Source: Candidatus Altiarchaeota archaeon (GTDB lineage Archaea; Altiarchaeota; Altiarchaeia; IMC4; SCGC-AAA252-I15). Taken from it: a stretch of DNA of 64,000 bases. Positions 35,394 through 44,487 of the stretch are shown in pieces. How positions within the stretch are numbered: the first letter of the stretch is position 1; every line of letters begins with the position of its first letter. A program made the translations under genes and the position numbers. The notes beneath the pieces were generated by a model, which was given only the letters and a program-made list of their open reading frames with translations, had not been told where the DNA came from and searched no databases. The stretch spans positions 293,847-357,846 of the forward strand of contig JAZDNF010000009.1 in the NCBI GenBank assembly GCA_043800255.1. The letters are read 5' to 3'.

Positions 35394-36688
35394 TTTGTCT
35401 CTGTCTTCTCCAATGCCTGCTCTATGTCTTCGATGATGTCGTCAACATTCTCCAAACCGATTGACAGCCTGACCAAGTCGGGAGATATTCCCCCGTCCAG
35501 CAGTTGTTTCTCCGTCAGCTGGCTGTGGGACGTGCTTGCAGGATGCAATGCCAGGCTTTTGGCGTCGCCGACGTTCGCAAGGTGGGAGAACAGTTTGAGG
35601 TTTTCGATGAATTTCTCGCCTGCCTTTCTGCCTCCTTTTATGCCGAACACTACCATCCCGCCGTATCCTTTTTTCAGGTACTTTTTGGCATTCTTGTGTG
35701 TTGGGTGAGTGTCCAGTCCGGGATACTTGACCCATGTCACCTTCTCGTGCGACGTGAGATACTCGGCGACCTTGGCTGCGTTTTCGCAGTGCCGTTCCAT
35801 CCTCAATGGGAGGGTCTCCAATCCTTGCAGGAAGATCCAGGAGTTGTCTGGCGAGATGCAGCCGCCGAGGTTCCTCAAAGGCACAAGCCGCATCCTCAGG
35901 ATGTAAGCCAGCGGCGTCAGCGGGCCTAGGTCGTGCGCGTAGCGTATCCCATGATAGCTTGCGTCAGGCTCTGTCAGCAATGGGTGCTTTTTAGACTTTG
36001 ACCAGTCGAATTTTCCTGAATCAACCACCGCCCCACCGATTGCAGTCCCGTGGCCGCCTATCCACTTGGTCAGCGAGTGCGCCACTATGTCAATGCCATG
36101 TTCTATCGGCCTGAGCAGATAGGGCGGCGTGAAGGTGCTGTCTATTATGAAGGGTATTCCGTTGTCGTGGGCTATCTGGGCGATAGCTTTGAAATCGGGG
36201 ACGTTCAATGCAGGGTTCCCCAGGGTTTCAGCGTACAATGCCTTTGTCTTTCCCGTTATCGCCTTCTTGAAGTTGTCCGGGTCTGTCGGGTCGACAAACT
36301 TTACTTTGATTCCCAAATCCGGGAGTATGTTGTTGAACTGTGTGTAGGTCCCGCCATATAAGTCGTTGGCGGAGACTATCTCGTCTCCTACTCGTGCGAG
36401 GTTTATTATGCTGTAGAATATCGCCGTCGTCCCTGATGACAGCGCCAGACCGCCTACCCCGCCCTCAAGGTCTGCAAGCCTTTTCTCGAGCACGTCTGTT
36501 GTCGGGTTCATCAGCCTCGTGTAGATGTTCCCCAACTCCTTCAGGCCGAAGAGGTTGGCTGCGTGAGTCGTGTCCTTGAAGACGTAGCTTGATGTCCTGT
36601 AGACTGGCACTGCTCTTGAGAGTGTGGTCGGGTCCGGTTCCTGTCCTGAGTGCAGCGTCTTCGTCTCTATCTTGTAGTCTTTTGCCAT
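35390..36688 (-). CDS. metY: O-acetylhomoserine sulfhydrylase
   Basis: [45 protein letters not shown]. Confidence 0.95.
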   Translation of the reverse strand: MAKDYKIETKTLHSGQEPDPTTLSRAVPVYRTSSYVFKDTTHAANLFGLKELGNIYTRLMNPTTDVLEKRLADLEGGVGGLALSSGTTAIFYSIINLARVGDEIVSANDLYGGTYTQFNNILPDLGIKVKFVDPTDPDNFKKAITGKTKALYAETLGNPALNVPDFKAIAQIAHDNGIPFIIDSTFTPPYLLRPIEHGIDIVAHSLTKWIGGHGTAIGGAVVDSGKFDWSKSKKHPLLTEPDASYHGIRYAHDLGPLTPLAYILRMRLVPLRNLGGCISPDNSWIFLQGLETLPLRMERHCENAAKVAEYLTSHEKVTWVKYPGLDTHPTHKNAKKYLKKGYGGMVVFGIKGGRKAGEKFIENLKLFSHLANVGDAKSLALHPASTSHSQLTEKQLLDGGISPDLVRLSIGLENVDDIIEDIEQALEKTETK

Positions 36689-36714
36689 GTTATTTCTCCT
36701 CCGTTTGTTGTGTC

Positions 36715-36800
36715 AATAACATACGTTATTCATATATAAATACTTTTCTATATTTTTATGCATATTAGAATATTACATGCAATATGTAATAAAAGTTACA
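36715..36800 (-). promoter_or_regulatory. metY promoter with palindromic operators
   Basis: TATA at 36733-36740; AATAAC-N4-GTTATT 36715-36730; ATTACAT-N5-ATGTAAT 36772-36790; TGTAA-N6-TTACA 36785-36800. Confidence 0.55.
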
Positions 36801-36810
36801 CGTCAGGGGA

Positions 36811-37551
36811 CTAGTGCGGCAATAGAGTACCTGCGAAGAATATCACAAATACTCCAGATAGCAAGGCAGTTGTCTGCATTATCAGCCTCCTGAAATCACT
36901 GCCAGGGACTATTTCAGGCATCAGGTCTGCCGTCGCAATGTATATGAAACCGCCCGCAGCCAAAGCTATCACATTCGGTATCCAAGAGCCGATGCTGTTC
37001 AGGAAATAGTACCCCAGAACGGCACCGACTATTGAAGATGAAGCCGAGAGGAAATTGTAAAACAGCGCCTTCTTTCTCGAAAGCCCGAAATGCAACAACA
37101 CCGCGAAGTCCCCGAACTCCTGCGGAATCTCGTGGAGGGCGATGGCGATGGTCGTTATTATGCCTGTCGGAATGCTGGACAGGTAGGCTGCTGCAACAAC
37201 GATTCCGTCAATGAAATTGTGGACGCCGTCGCCTATCAGGTTAAGGTATGCGACGGGCCTGACGTGGCATTCGCTTTTACCGCAGTGGTGCCAGTGTATG
37301 AACTTCTCCATGATGAAAAAGCCCAGTATGCCCCACAATACAAAACTGAGAATGCTATTCCCGCCTTCTTCAACGGCTTCCGGGATGAGATCAAGGAATG
37401 CAGCCCCGATAAGAGATCCGGATGCGAACGCTAGCAGCATCTGGATGACCGTCTCAAGCGACTTCTTTCTGAAAGCCAGGCTCACTACACCAACAAGGGA
37501 TATTAGACTTATCAGGAGCACGCTCAAGAGTATGCTCACGAGGACTGCCAT
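36811..37551 (-). CDS. ZIP-family metal transporter
   Basis: HWHHC loop, GDGVHNFIDG, LHEIPQEFGDF. Confidence 0.92.
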   Translation of the reverse strand: MAVLVSILLSVLLISLISLVGVVSLAFRKKSLETVIQMLLAFASGSLIGAAFLDLIPEAVEEGGNSILSFVLWGILGFFIMEKFIHWHHCGKSECHVRPVAYLNLIGDGVHNFIDGIVVAAAYLSSIPTGIITTIAIALHEIPQEFGDFAVLLHFGLSRKKALFYNFLSASSSIVGAVLGYYFLNSIGSWIPNVIALAAGGFIYIATADLMPEIVPGSDFRRLIMQTTALLSGVFVIFFAGTLLPH

Positions 37552-37583
37552 AATAGATGTATGTCATACATCAAATAAAAGAG

Positions 37584-38210
37584 TTATATTCCCATGACCC
37601 ATACGAATACACCGGTGAACGCGATTACCGCGCCAGCCATGGCATGCGAGTACCTTTCAATACTGTGAGGCCAGAATAATTTCGCCCCGGAATATGCGAG
37701 GACACTCTGGACTTCCATCATGGAGATGGTTATCGCCGAGAAAACCATGCCCACACTCAGTATGCCATACCATCCGAACTGCACCGCGAGGAACATCAGG
37801 GGTATGAGAGGCTCGCAGGGGCCGAACACGAATATCGTGAACAGAGCCCAGAATGTGACCGTCTTCCTGTTGTCGACTTCCATGTGATGGTGTTCTCTGG
37901 CATGCTTCAGGCCCCACAGCGCATAGGCTGCTCCGAACCCTATCAGCAGGAGAAGCGCGACCTCCCCTCTTGATGATTCGGTTCCATGAACCTGCGTCAG
38001 AGAGAATCCGAGCATGAGTCCGACAGCGCCTATCAGTATTGAGGAGCCCACGTGTCCCAGACCGCACAAGAAAGTCACGATGCTCAGCTTCCGGTTAGAC
38101 CACCTCTGCGCTTTGGCTATCATCGCGAACGGCATCCAGTGGTCTGGCGCGAGCGCATGAAGGAACGCTATCGTCGCCGTTGAGAGCAGCAGCACAGAGT
38201 AGGATTCCAT
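37584..38210 (-). CDS. Nickel/cobalt transporter (UreH/NiCoT-like)
   Basis: HALAPDHW, GLGHVGSS, HHH loop, PCEPL; divergent from nikR. Confidence 0.75.
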   Translation of the reverse strand: MESYSVLLLSTATIAFLHALAPDHWMPFAMIAKAQRWSNRKLSIVTFLCGLGHVGSSILIGAVGLMLGFSLTQVHGTESSRGEVALLLLIGFGAAYALWGLKHAREHHHMEVDNRKTVTFWALFTIFVFGPCEPLIPLMFLAVQFGWYGILSVGMVFSAITISMMEVQSVLAYSGAKLFWPHSIERYSHAMAGAVIAFTGVFVWVMGI

Positions 38211-38213
38211 TTT

Positions 38214-38266
38214 GTGTTACTTTTTTTAAGATTGTGTTACCATAGTATAAAAGGTGGGTAACACAA
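38214..38266. promoter_or_regulatory. Putative NikR operator
   Basis: TTGTGTTACC-N15-GGTAACACAA perfect inverted repeat (38232-38266) enclosing a TATA box, plus a second GTGTTAC half-site at 38214. Confidence 0.7.
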
Positions 38267-38284
38267 AACAACCAGAGAAGTAAC

Positions 38285-38701
38285 ATGGACAGGGCAGCAA
38301 GGTTCGGAGTCTCGATGCCCAGCAAGCAGCTGGAAAAGTTTGACAAGATTGTTGGAGAGTTAGACTACCCCAACAGGTCTAAGGCGTTGAATGATGCGGT
38401 CACAGACTTTATAAAAAATAAGAGATGGGACCTGGAGGAAGGCGTCTTCGTCGGGAGCATCTCCTACCTGTACGACCACCATAAAGGCGACGTCACGCGC
38501 ACGCTCACCGAAGTGCAGCACAAACACAACAACCTGATAAAATCGACGATGCACTCGCACATTTCACACGACGACTGCATTGAGGTGCTGATAGTCTCGG
38601 GGCCGGCAGACGGGCTGAGACGACTATATAACAGGATCAGCGCGGTAAGAGGGGTCGAAAACTGCAAGATAGCGATATTAGGGACGAACGCAGACAGATA
38701 A
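38285..38701 (+). CDS. nikR: Nickel-responsive regulator
   Basis: RHH RFGVSM..NRSKA, YDHH, QH, HSHISHDDCIEV. Confidence 0.92.
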   Translation: MDRAARFGVSMPSKQLEKFDKIVGELDYPNRSKALNDAVTDFIKNKRWDLEEGVFVGSISYLYDHHKGDVTRTLTEVQHKHNNLIKSTMHSHISHDDCIEVLIVSGPADGLRRLYNRISAVRGVENCKIAILGTNADR

Positions 38702-38703
38702 TC

Positions 38704-39828
38704 CTAAGGTTCTAGTATCACCGGAGCGTAGCCTAGGGGTTTCTTCCCCTCAAGTCTTGCATAGGTGTACATTAACTCGAGCATCAGCTTGATTTCGTCC
38801 CTGCTCACCCTAACGTTCTCGCCGTCAGACTTGCACTTCTCCTGGAGAGACGCGACCATCTTCTGATGCCTGCCCGCGTCGTCGATGGCACCAGCATATA
38901 CTGGATACTGCATCTCCTCCTTTTCAGTTGGCTTAGGCGCAACCTTAGCTTCCGCCTTCTTCTCCGCAGGCTCTTCCGTGGGAACTCCTCCAGCCTCTGC
39001 TTTCTCAGGAGGCTCCTCTTTTTTCTCTGGCTCCTTTGGCTTTAGAATCTGCAAGACTCGTTCCTTGTTCTTAGGGTCTCTGAGAGTGTTGACAGCCTTT
39101 ATCAGATTGTTGACGTTGCCTGGTACGTTCATCGCCCCCTTGAACGCCTCAGACAGTGAGATGCTGTCAGAGTAGACGTCCACTTTGCTCTGGTCTTTGG
39201 GGTTCTCTTTCGCAGTCAGCTGCCAGCCCAAGCTTCTGGGCTTTTCTTCGGAAGTCTGTATCATGAACCTGCTGCCGTCACGTTTCAGGTTGAGCGTCTG
39301 CCTTCCGGGAGTAGTCATTGTCCAACTCTCAGGAGACTCTCTTTTTATGCCGAATGTGCTGTCGATAATGTTCAGCTGCTTTTCAGCGTCTTGGATATAA
39401 TACAGTTCGCCGCCTTTGCCTCTGACAGCCCATGTCTTCGGGTTTACCATCTTGACCATCGAACTGGGAGCCATCTGCAGGCCCTTCGCCTCAAAAGTGT
39501 TGCGAAGCCTATCATCGAGTTCGCCGGTTCCCTGTTTGAGCAGCTTCCTGTAATCCGGCCCGATACTGAATATGCCCTTCGGCTTGAAGTCGAGGCCCGC
39601 CGCCTTCAAGCCAGTCAGCAACCCCTTGATGTCAGTCTGGTCGCCTAAGGTGAGGAGATACTTTCCCTCAAACGTCAGCGCGCTTTCCAGTGCATTCAGC
39701 GTCTGGCTGAAAGGTGAGATGAAGTCGGCTCTTACCCCTGGAAGCTCCTTAAATGTCGGCTTAGGAGCCTCAGCAGGCTTAGGCTGCTCTTGGGGCTTGC
39801 CACCTTGGACAGCCTTCGTGTCTGCCAT
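38704..39828 (-). CDS. Hypothetical protein (K/E/P-rich linkers)
   Basis: 374-aa ORF with host-like codon usage; no recognised motif. Confidence 0.65.
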   Translation of the reverse strand: MADTKAVQGGKPQEQPKPAEAPKPTFKELPGVRADFISPFSQTLNALESALTFEGKYLLTLGDQTDIKGLLTGLKAAGLDFKPKGIFSIGPDYRKLLKQGTGELDDRLRNTFEAKGLQMAPSSMVKMVNPKTWAVRGKGGELYYIQDAEKQLNIIDSTFGIKRESPESWTMTTPGRQTLNLKRDGSRFMIQTSEEKPRSLGWQLTAKENPKDQSKVDVYSDSISLSEAFKGAMNVPGNVNNLIKAVNTLRDPKNKERVLQILKPKEPEKKEEPPEKAEAGGVPTEEPAEKKAEAKVAPKPTEKEEMQYPVYAGAIDDAGRHQKMVASLQEKCKSDGENVRVSRDEIKLMLELMYTYARLEGKKPLGYAPVILEP

Positions 39829-39907
39829 AGATTAGATTAAACACTACAAACAATTAAATGCGCCGTTCTTACACAGGATTATATATTGTGAAACGTAATT
39901 TCTTCTT

Positions 39908-40477
39908 ATGGTTGGGGCGTCTCCGAGTTTTTCGGGCATTCATCTTACTAGGGTATTATTGATTCTGCACGAGAAGCCCATCGGGAGGAAGAGGCTCGTG
40001 CTGGAGCTTGGAGTCGGCGAGGGCAGTGTCAGAACAATACTGAAAAAGATGTGGGCTGAGGGCCTGGTCGAATCACACAGGAACAGCCAGAAGCTGTCGG
40101 AGAGGGGAGAGAGGAAGGCTAGGAAACTTTTGAAGAGGGTCAACATACGGAGAGGCTTCCACTCCTCTGATGTGAGCAGCCTGGAGAAAAGGCAGGCATT
40201 GGTAATAATCAGAGATGCCAACCTGCGGGGAAAGTCGATACTCGACCTGAGAGACCTGTCTGTGAAGGAGGGAGCATACGGGGCGATAATACTCCTCAAG
40301 AAGGAGAAGGGTTTCATGTTCCCAGAGCAGGGGATAATATTGAAAGACTACGGCGACCTCAACGCCAAACTGAAAGAGGAGGACATAAGCGTCGGAGACG
40401 CTGCAGTAATATGCTGGGCTGACGACAAAAACCGGGCGGAGGACGCGGCGCTGGCGATAGCGTTGAGGATGTTTTAG
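39908..40477 (+). CDS. Archaeal winged-helix protein (DUF4443-like)
   Basis: PIGRKRL..ELGVGEGSVRTIL, LRD..VK.GA.GA. Confidence 0.7.
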   Translation: MVGASPSFSGIHLTRVLLILHEKPIGRKRLVLELGVGEGSVRTILKKMWAEGLVESHRNSQKLSERGERKARKLLKRVNIRRGFHSSDVSSLEKRQALVIIRDANLRGKSILDLRDLSVKEGAYGAIILLKKEKGFMFPEQGIILKDYGDLNAKLKEEDISVGDAAVICWADDKNRAEDAALAIALRMF

Positions 40478-40483
40478 CTGGCG

Positions 40484-40756
40484 TTAGAAGATGAATGTAA
40501 AGTAGATACCGTAATGTGAAATCCCATTAAGTCGCAAGGAATCAATAATGTCCTCGGCGGTGTTGTCAAGGTCAATTATCTCCTCCCGAGGTGTTACCAC
40601 CATGAACTGCCGCTTCCGCGTGTAGTCCTGAGCGGCCAGCCATTGTTTTACTTCAGTCCTCTGCTTGCTAGATGAAATTTCATTAATGTTTCGAGACCGT
40701 TTGGGTAGGTAGTTACATCTATGGAAGTTATCTTTGGCATTAGCAGGTTTAGTCAT
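40484..40756 (-). CDS. Hypothetical protein
   Basis: 90-aa ORF at the edge of the AT-richer islet; no motif. Confidence 0.35.
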   Translation of the reverse strand: MTKPANAKDNFHRCNYLPKRSRNINEISSSKQRTEVKQWLAAQDYTRKRQFMVVTPREEIIDLDNTAEDIIDSLRLNGISHYGIYFTFIF

Positions 40757-40808
40757 CGTAATTTCTTTGCCAATTATGTGGACTACCCGCCCTGAAGGGG
40801 CAGGTAGT

Positions 40809-40988
40809 TCACGCTTTTGGTTTTCCGTTGCTCCCCCAGTTCTCGTGGGATATTTCGTTGATGATTATCCATATTTTTTCTGGTTCTACGCCAGTGGCTT
40901 CGTTTATGGCTTTGGTTATTCCTTCTATCATCTTCTTTTTTTGTTCTTTAGTTTTTCCCGATAGTATTTCTATTTTTACTACTGGCAT
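40809..40988 (-). CDS. 4-oxalocrotonate tautomerase family protein
   Basis: (M)PVVKIEILSGKTKEQK...IINEISHENWGSNG; N-terminal catalytic Pro. Confidence 0.9.
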   Translation of the reverse strand: MPVVKIEILSGKTKEQKKKMIEGITKAINEATGVEPEKIWIIINEISHENWGSNGKPKA

Positions 40989-40998
40989 CTTTCGCACC

Positions 40999-42435
40999 TC
41001 ACATTTTCCATTTTATCGTTTTTGTTTCTGAGAAGGCTTTGAGCGCTTCTTGAGGATTCCCAAGTCTGAATCCATTGCCGCTGTTTTTCCACCCTCCAAA
41101 TGGTGTGTGCGGTTCTGAGCCACCGGTATGACTGTTAATGTTTATCATCCCAGCATGTATCTCTTGGATGAAATTCCAAACTTTTTTGGAATCATTTGTA
41201 AATATAGAGGACGCTAGGGCATAGTCTTGGCTGTTAATTATACCTACCGCCTCGTTAAATGTTTTTATCGCCACCACCTTTAGTATGGGGGCAAAGAGTT
41301 CTTCGTACAGTATCAATTGGTCTTTTTTGACTATTATTATTGTCGGTTGATAGAATGAACCTTTTTGGCCCTCTAGGTTGGCTCGTCGGCCGCCATAGAT
41401 TATTTGTGCTCCGTCTTTGATGGCTTTTTGTATCTTTTTCTCCAGTTCTTCTATTTTTTCTTTGTCTATCAGTGGACCTATGTCTGCTCCTCTGCGTGTA
41501 TCACCCACTCTTAGTTTAGCCATAGACTCTTTTGCTTGTTTTAGAAATTCTTGGAGTATCTCTTCTTCTACGAGTGCGCCACCCGTGGTGACACATTTCT
41601 GACCTGAGTATTGACTGAGGCCTTCGACGGTTTTTTCTGCTGCCTTTTTTATATCAGCGTCTTTGAGTATTATTGTGAAGTTATTTCCCCCACCTTCGAA
41701 CATATATCGTCTGCCTCGTCTTTTTTTGCCTATTTCTTTGGCGGTTTTGTTTGAACCTGTTAAGGAGACCATATCCACCCTTGGATCTGTTATAAGGTTT
41801 GGGAGTTTTTCTCCTTGACCATGTATGAGAGATATCATCTCTTTGGGCAAGCCGCATGCAGATATAATTTCGACAAGTTTAGTTGAGGATATAGGGGCTT
41901 TTGGGCTACATTTGAGTATAACAGCGTTTTTTGCCATTATAGCCGGGGCTATGTGTTGTGCGCAGATGTAAAGGGGGAAATTCCAGGGGGTTATTGAGAC
42001 TACTATGCCAACAGGGTGGCGTATCGTAAACATGTGAACTCCGTCTTTGCTTGGGAGGACTTCCCCTAACGGAGCATATTTCATATTTTGTATAGTTTCG
42101 AACGTCTGTACCGTCTTTGTTATCTCAGCATCGGCTTCCTTGCAATTTTTTCCTGTTTCTCTCATCAAGGTTTCGACTAGTTCAGTTCTTCGTTCTTGTA
42201 GTTCTCCTTGGATGTTAGTGAAGGCCTTGTCTAAGGTTTCTTGGCTGAGACTTAACCAGAGCTTACTTTTGAATTTTGTTGCTACGTCTAGTGCCATATA
42301 AGCATCTTCTTCAGTGGAGTCGGGGAGTGTGGCAATCGTTTCACCAGTCGTAGGATCTTCTTTGGTAAGGGTATTTCCCGTGTATGCATCAGTCCATCTA
42401 CCATCTATGAGGTTTTGCAATTTTGAGGGAATCAT
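40999..42435 (-). CDS. Aldehyde dehydrogenase
   Basis: ITPWNFP, LTGS, FEGGGN, SGQKC, EELFAP, PFGGWKNSG; ATGA overlap with the radical SAM gene. Confidence 0.92.
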   Translation of the reverse strand: MIPSKLQNLIDGRWTDAYTGNTLTKEDPTTGETIATLPDSTEEDAYMALDVATKFKSKLWLSLSQETLDKAFTNIQGELQERRTELVETLMRETGKNCKEADAEITKTVQTFETIQNMKYAPLGEVLPSKDGVHMFTIRHPVGIVVSITPWNFPLYICAQHIAPAIMAKNAVILKCSPKAPISSTKLVEIISACGLPKEMISLIHGQGEKLPNLITDPRVDMVSLTGSNKTAKEIGKKRRGRRYMFEGGGNNFTIILKDADIKKAAEKTVEGLSQYSGQKCVTTGGALVEEEILQEFLKQAKESMAKLRVGDTRRGADIGPLIDKEKIEELEKKIQKAIKDGAQIIYGGRRANLEGQKGSFYQPTIIIVKKDQLILYEELFAPILKVVAIKTFNEAVGIINSQDYALASSIFTNDSKKVWNFIQEIHAGMININSHTGGSEPHTPFGGWKNSGNGFRLGNPQEALKAFSETKTIKWKM

Positions 42436-43463
42436 TTTTCCGGGTTCCACGGGTAGGTGTCTAAATAGTATGGAGATCGAGATATGGTCTGGACATATTT
42501 TTGAGTTTCTGTCAGTTTTTCTCTTATTTCTTTTTTTGTCGATTTGTCGGTTATTATTGCTGTAGTGACATGAAGGCACGGTTTGATTTCGCCGTTATAT
42601 ACTAGGCGTGGATAACGTATTCCTTCACCACATTGACCAGTTTTGTATCTGTCACAACATCCTCCACCGTATATCATATTCAAAACATGTACAAGTGCGC
42701 CATTTAGGGTATATTGATCATATCCATAATTGTTTTCTCTGCCTTCGCTTGTCCTAACGTGTTTTGCCCCGTTCTTAACTATCATCTCTGCCACCTCTCG
42801 TTGACTCATAGACTTGAAGGTGTTAACGTCATGGACACCAAGCAACTTGACTATAAGTTTTTTTTCGGCTGCGTAATCTATTACTTTTGCTACACGCGAC
42901 CAGTCGTCTTCGGAGGACACTACTGTGTTGAGTTTCACTGGGATTTTGCTATCCAAGAGATAAGCTACTGCTTGTAGGACATTGGCTACCATGTCCTCAC
43001 CACATATGTCCTGAAATTCCTGTGCATCGATCGTGTTTACTGAAACGTGGAATTCATGGCTTTTTAGTTTCTTCCACGTATTCCAATCTATGCCAGTCAT
43101 GACCGTCGCATTTGTGGTAACATAAGATTTCATACCCAACTGTTCTACTTCGTGGGCAATCTTGGCGAGATCTGGGTACAGGAGTGGTTCGCCACCTGTG
43201 AAATTTACTTTAGTAAAGCCAGTATCGTGTGCTACTCGGATTGCCTTAACGTATGTGTTTGTAGATAACTGAGATGTATTTTTTTCGTGGTCAATGCCTT
43301 CCTTGTAACACCATTTGCATCTTAGTGTGCATTCTTTGTTTATCACGATGCGCAGGGTTGAACATGCGTTTTCAGTTATATGGTCAATTATCTTTTTTGG
43401 CATGCATAGGCGTCCTGCGCCGGTTTTGGGATCGATGCAGATCTTTTCTAGGTCTAGGGTCAT
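42432..43463 (-). CDS. MoaA-like radical SAM enzyme (divergent)
   Basis: CTLRCKWC.EG, FTGGEP, TTNA, KLNTV, CCD..C.EG..RL...G.IKPCL; lacks the C-terminal GG of MoaA. Confidence 0.75.
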   Translation of the reverse strand: MTLDLEKICIDPKTGAGRLCMPKKIIDHITENACSTLRIVINKECTLRCKWCYKEGIDHEKNTSQLSTNTYVKAIRVAHDTGFTKVNFTGGEPLLYPDLAKIAHEVEQLGMKSYVTTNATVMTGIDWNTWKKLKSHEFHVSVNTIDAQEFQDICGEDMVANVLQAVAYLLDSKIPVKLNTVVSSEDDWSRVAKVIDYAAEKKLIVKLLGVHDVNTFKSMSQREVAEMIVKNGAKHVRTSEGRENNYGYDQYTLNGALVHVLNMIYGGGCCDRYKTGQCGEGIRYPRLVYNGEIKPCLHVTTAIITDKSTKKEIREKLTETQKYVQTISRSPYYLDTYPWNPEK

Positions 43464-43803
43464 ATTGTGGTGTTTGTGTGGTGGCAGTGTAGGTTGCTGC
43501 GGCGCATATAGTTGGGAGAATAAGCCCTGTCTTTTGTCGAAATTAAAGCCCAATCACACCCCGGACACGGTTTGTCCATTTTTGTATACTTTTGGAATGT
43601 TTTTGTTTATAAAGGAGGGCCCAGAAACGTCCTAGTACTATTTATACCCCAACACCCTATTTTGTGTTGGCTGATAAAACCAAATAAATCGATTATTGAA
43701 ATGGAGTACGTCTGTTAGCACCTTATTCGTAATGCTGAGGAATCTGTTTTCAATAAGAAACACTATAAAACCGCTCCGAAGACGCGGCGCTGTCCATAGC
43801 TGT

Positions 43804-44487
43804 TCAGCTTCTCTGAGTTATCTGGGTTTGGAATCTTTTTCTGAACCTCAACAGCACTTTTATGAGAGGCGGCCCGAGAGCTATTAAGAAGATTACGTTA
43901 CCTACCGCCCGGCCGGAGTCCATCGGAAGGCCTGCTGAGGCTATCCCCAGATAGGTTGTGAGAGTATGCTCTGACGTGAAAGTGAGCCACCAGAATATGT
44001 CCGTTACTAGGCCGTAAAGGTAGGCTGCGAATACGCTGTAAGCTAACAGCATCGTAAGAGTATGCTTCTTCCCAGCGGGTTTCGGCATGGCAGCTGCGAA
44101 GAAGCCGACCAATCCTGCGGCGAACATCTGATAGGGCGTCCAGGGGCCGTGCCCTCCGACGAAGAAGTTGGACAGGAACATGCTTATGGAACCGACTATG
44201 AAGCCGTTCACCGCGCCGAAGACGTAGCCTGCTATTATTATCAGCGGGAATATTGGGCTCACGCCCAGGCCGTGGAATATCTGGCGGGATACTATGACGA
44301 TGCCTGTGTAGACGCCGAGCAGCGCAACCACTCTGGAGTTCGCGAACCTGCTCTCAAACTCCTGGAAAAAAAAGTAGGAGACTAGGATGCAGAATAGCGC
44401 GGTCGACAGCGTCCATGAGACTCTCATGTATGTTATCGCAGCAAGCAGCAGCGTTGACGCCGCAAACAGTAGTATGTTCTTTTTCAT
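43804..44487 (-). CDS. ECF transporter S component (CbrT-like)
   Basis: Multi-TM; G..NGF.VG, SNFFVGGHGPWTPYQM. Confidence 0.82.
   Translation of the reverse strand: MKKNILLFAASTLLLAAITYMRVSWTLSTALFCILVSYFFFQEFESRFANSRVVALLGVYTGIVIVSRQIFHGLGVSPIFPLIIIAGYVFGAVNGFIVGSISMFLSNFFVGGHGPWTPYQMFAAGLVGFFAAAMPKPAGKKHTLTMLLAYSVFAAYLYGLVTDIFWWLTFTSEHTLTTYLGIASAGLPMDSGRAVGNVIFLIALGPPLIKVLLRFRKRFQTQITQRS

Noticed and set aside
36689-36810. Met/Cys leader peptide or SAM riboswitch before metY
   Set aside because: The leader between the TATA box and RBS is too short and has no Met- or Cys-rich uORF.
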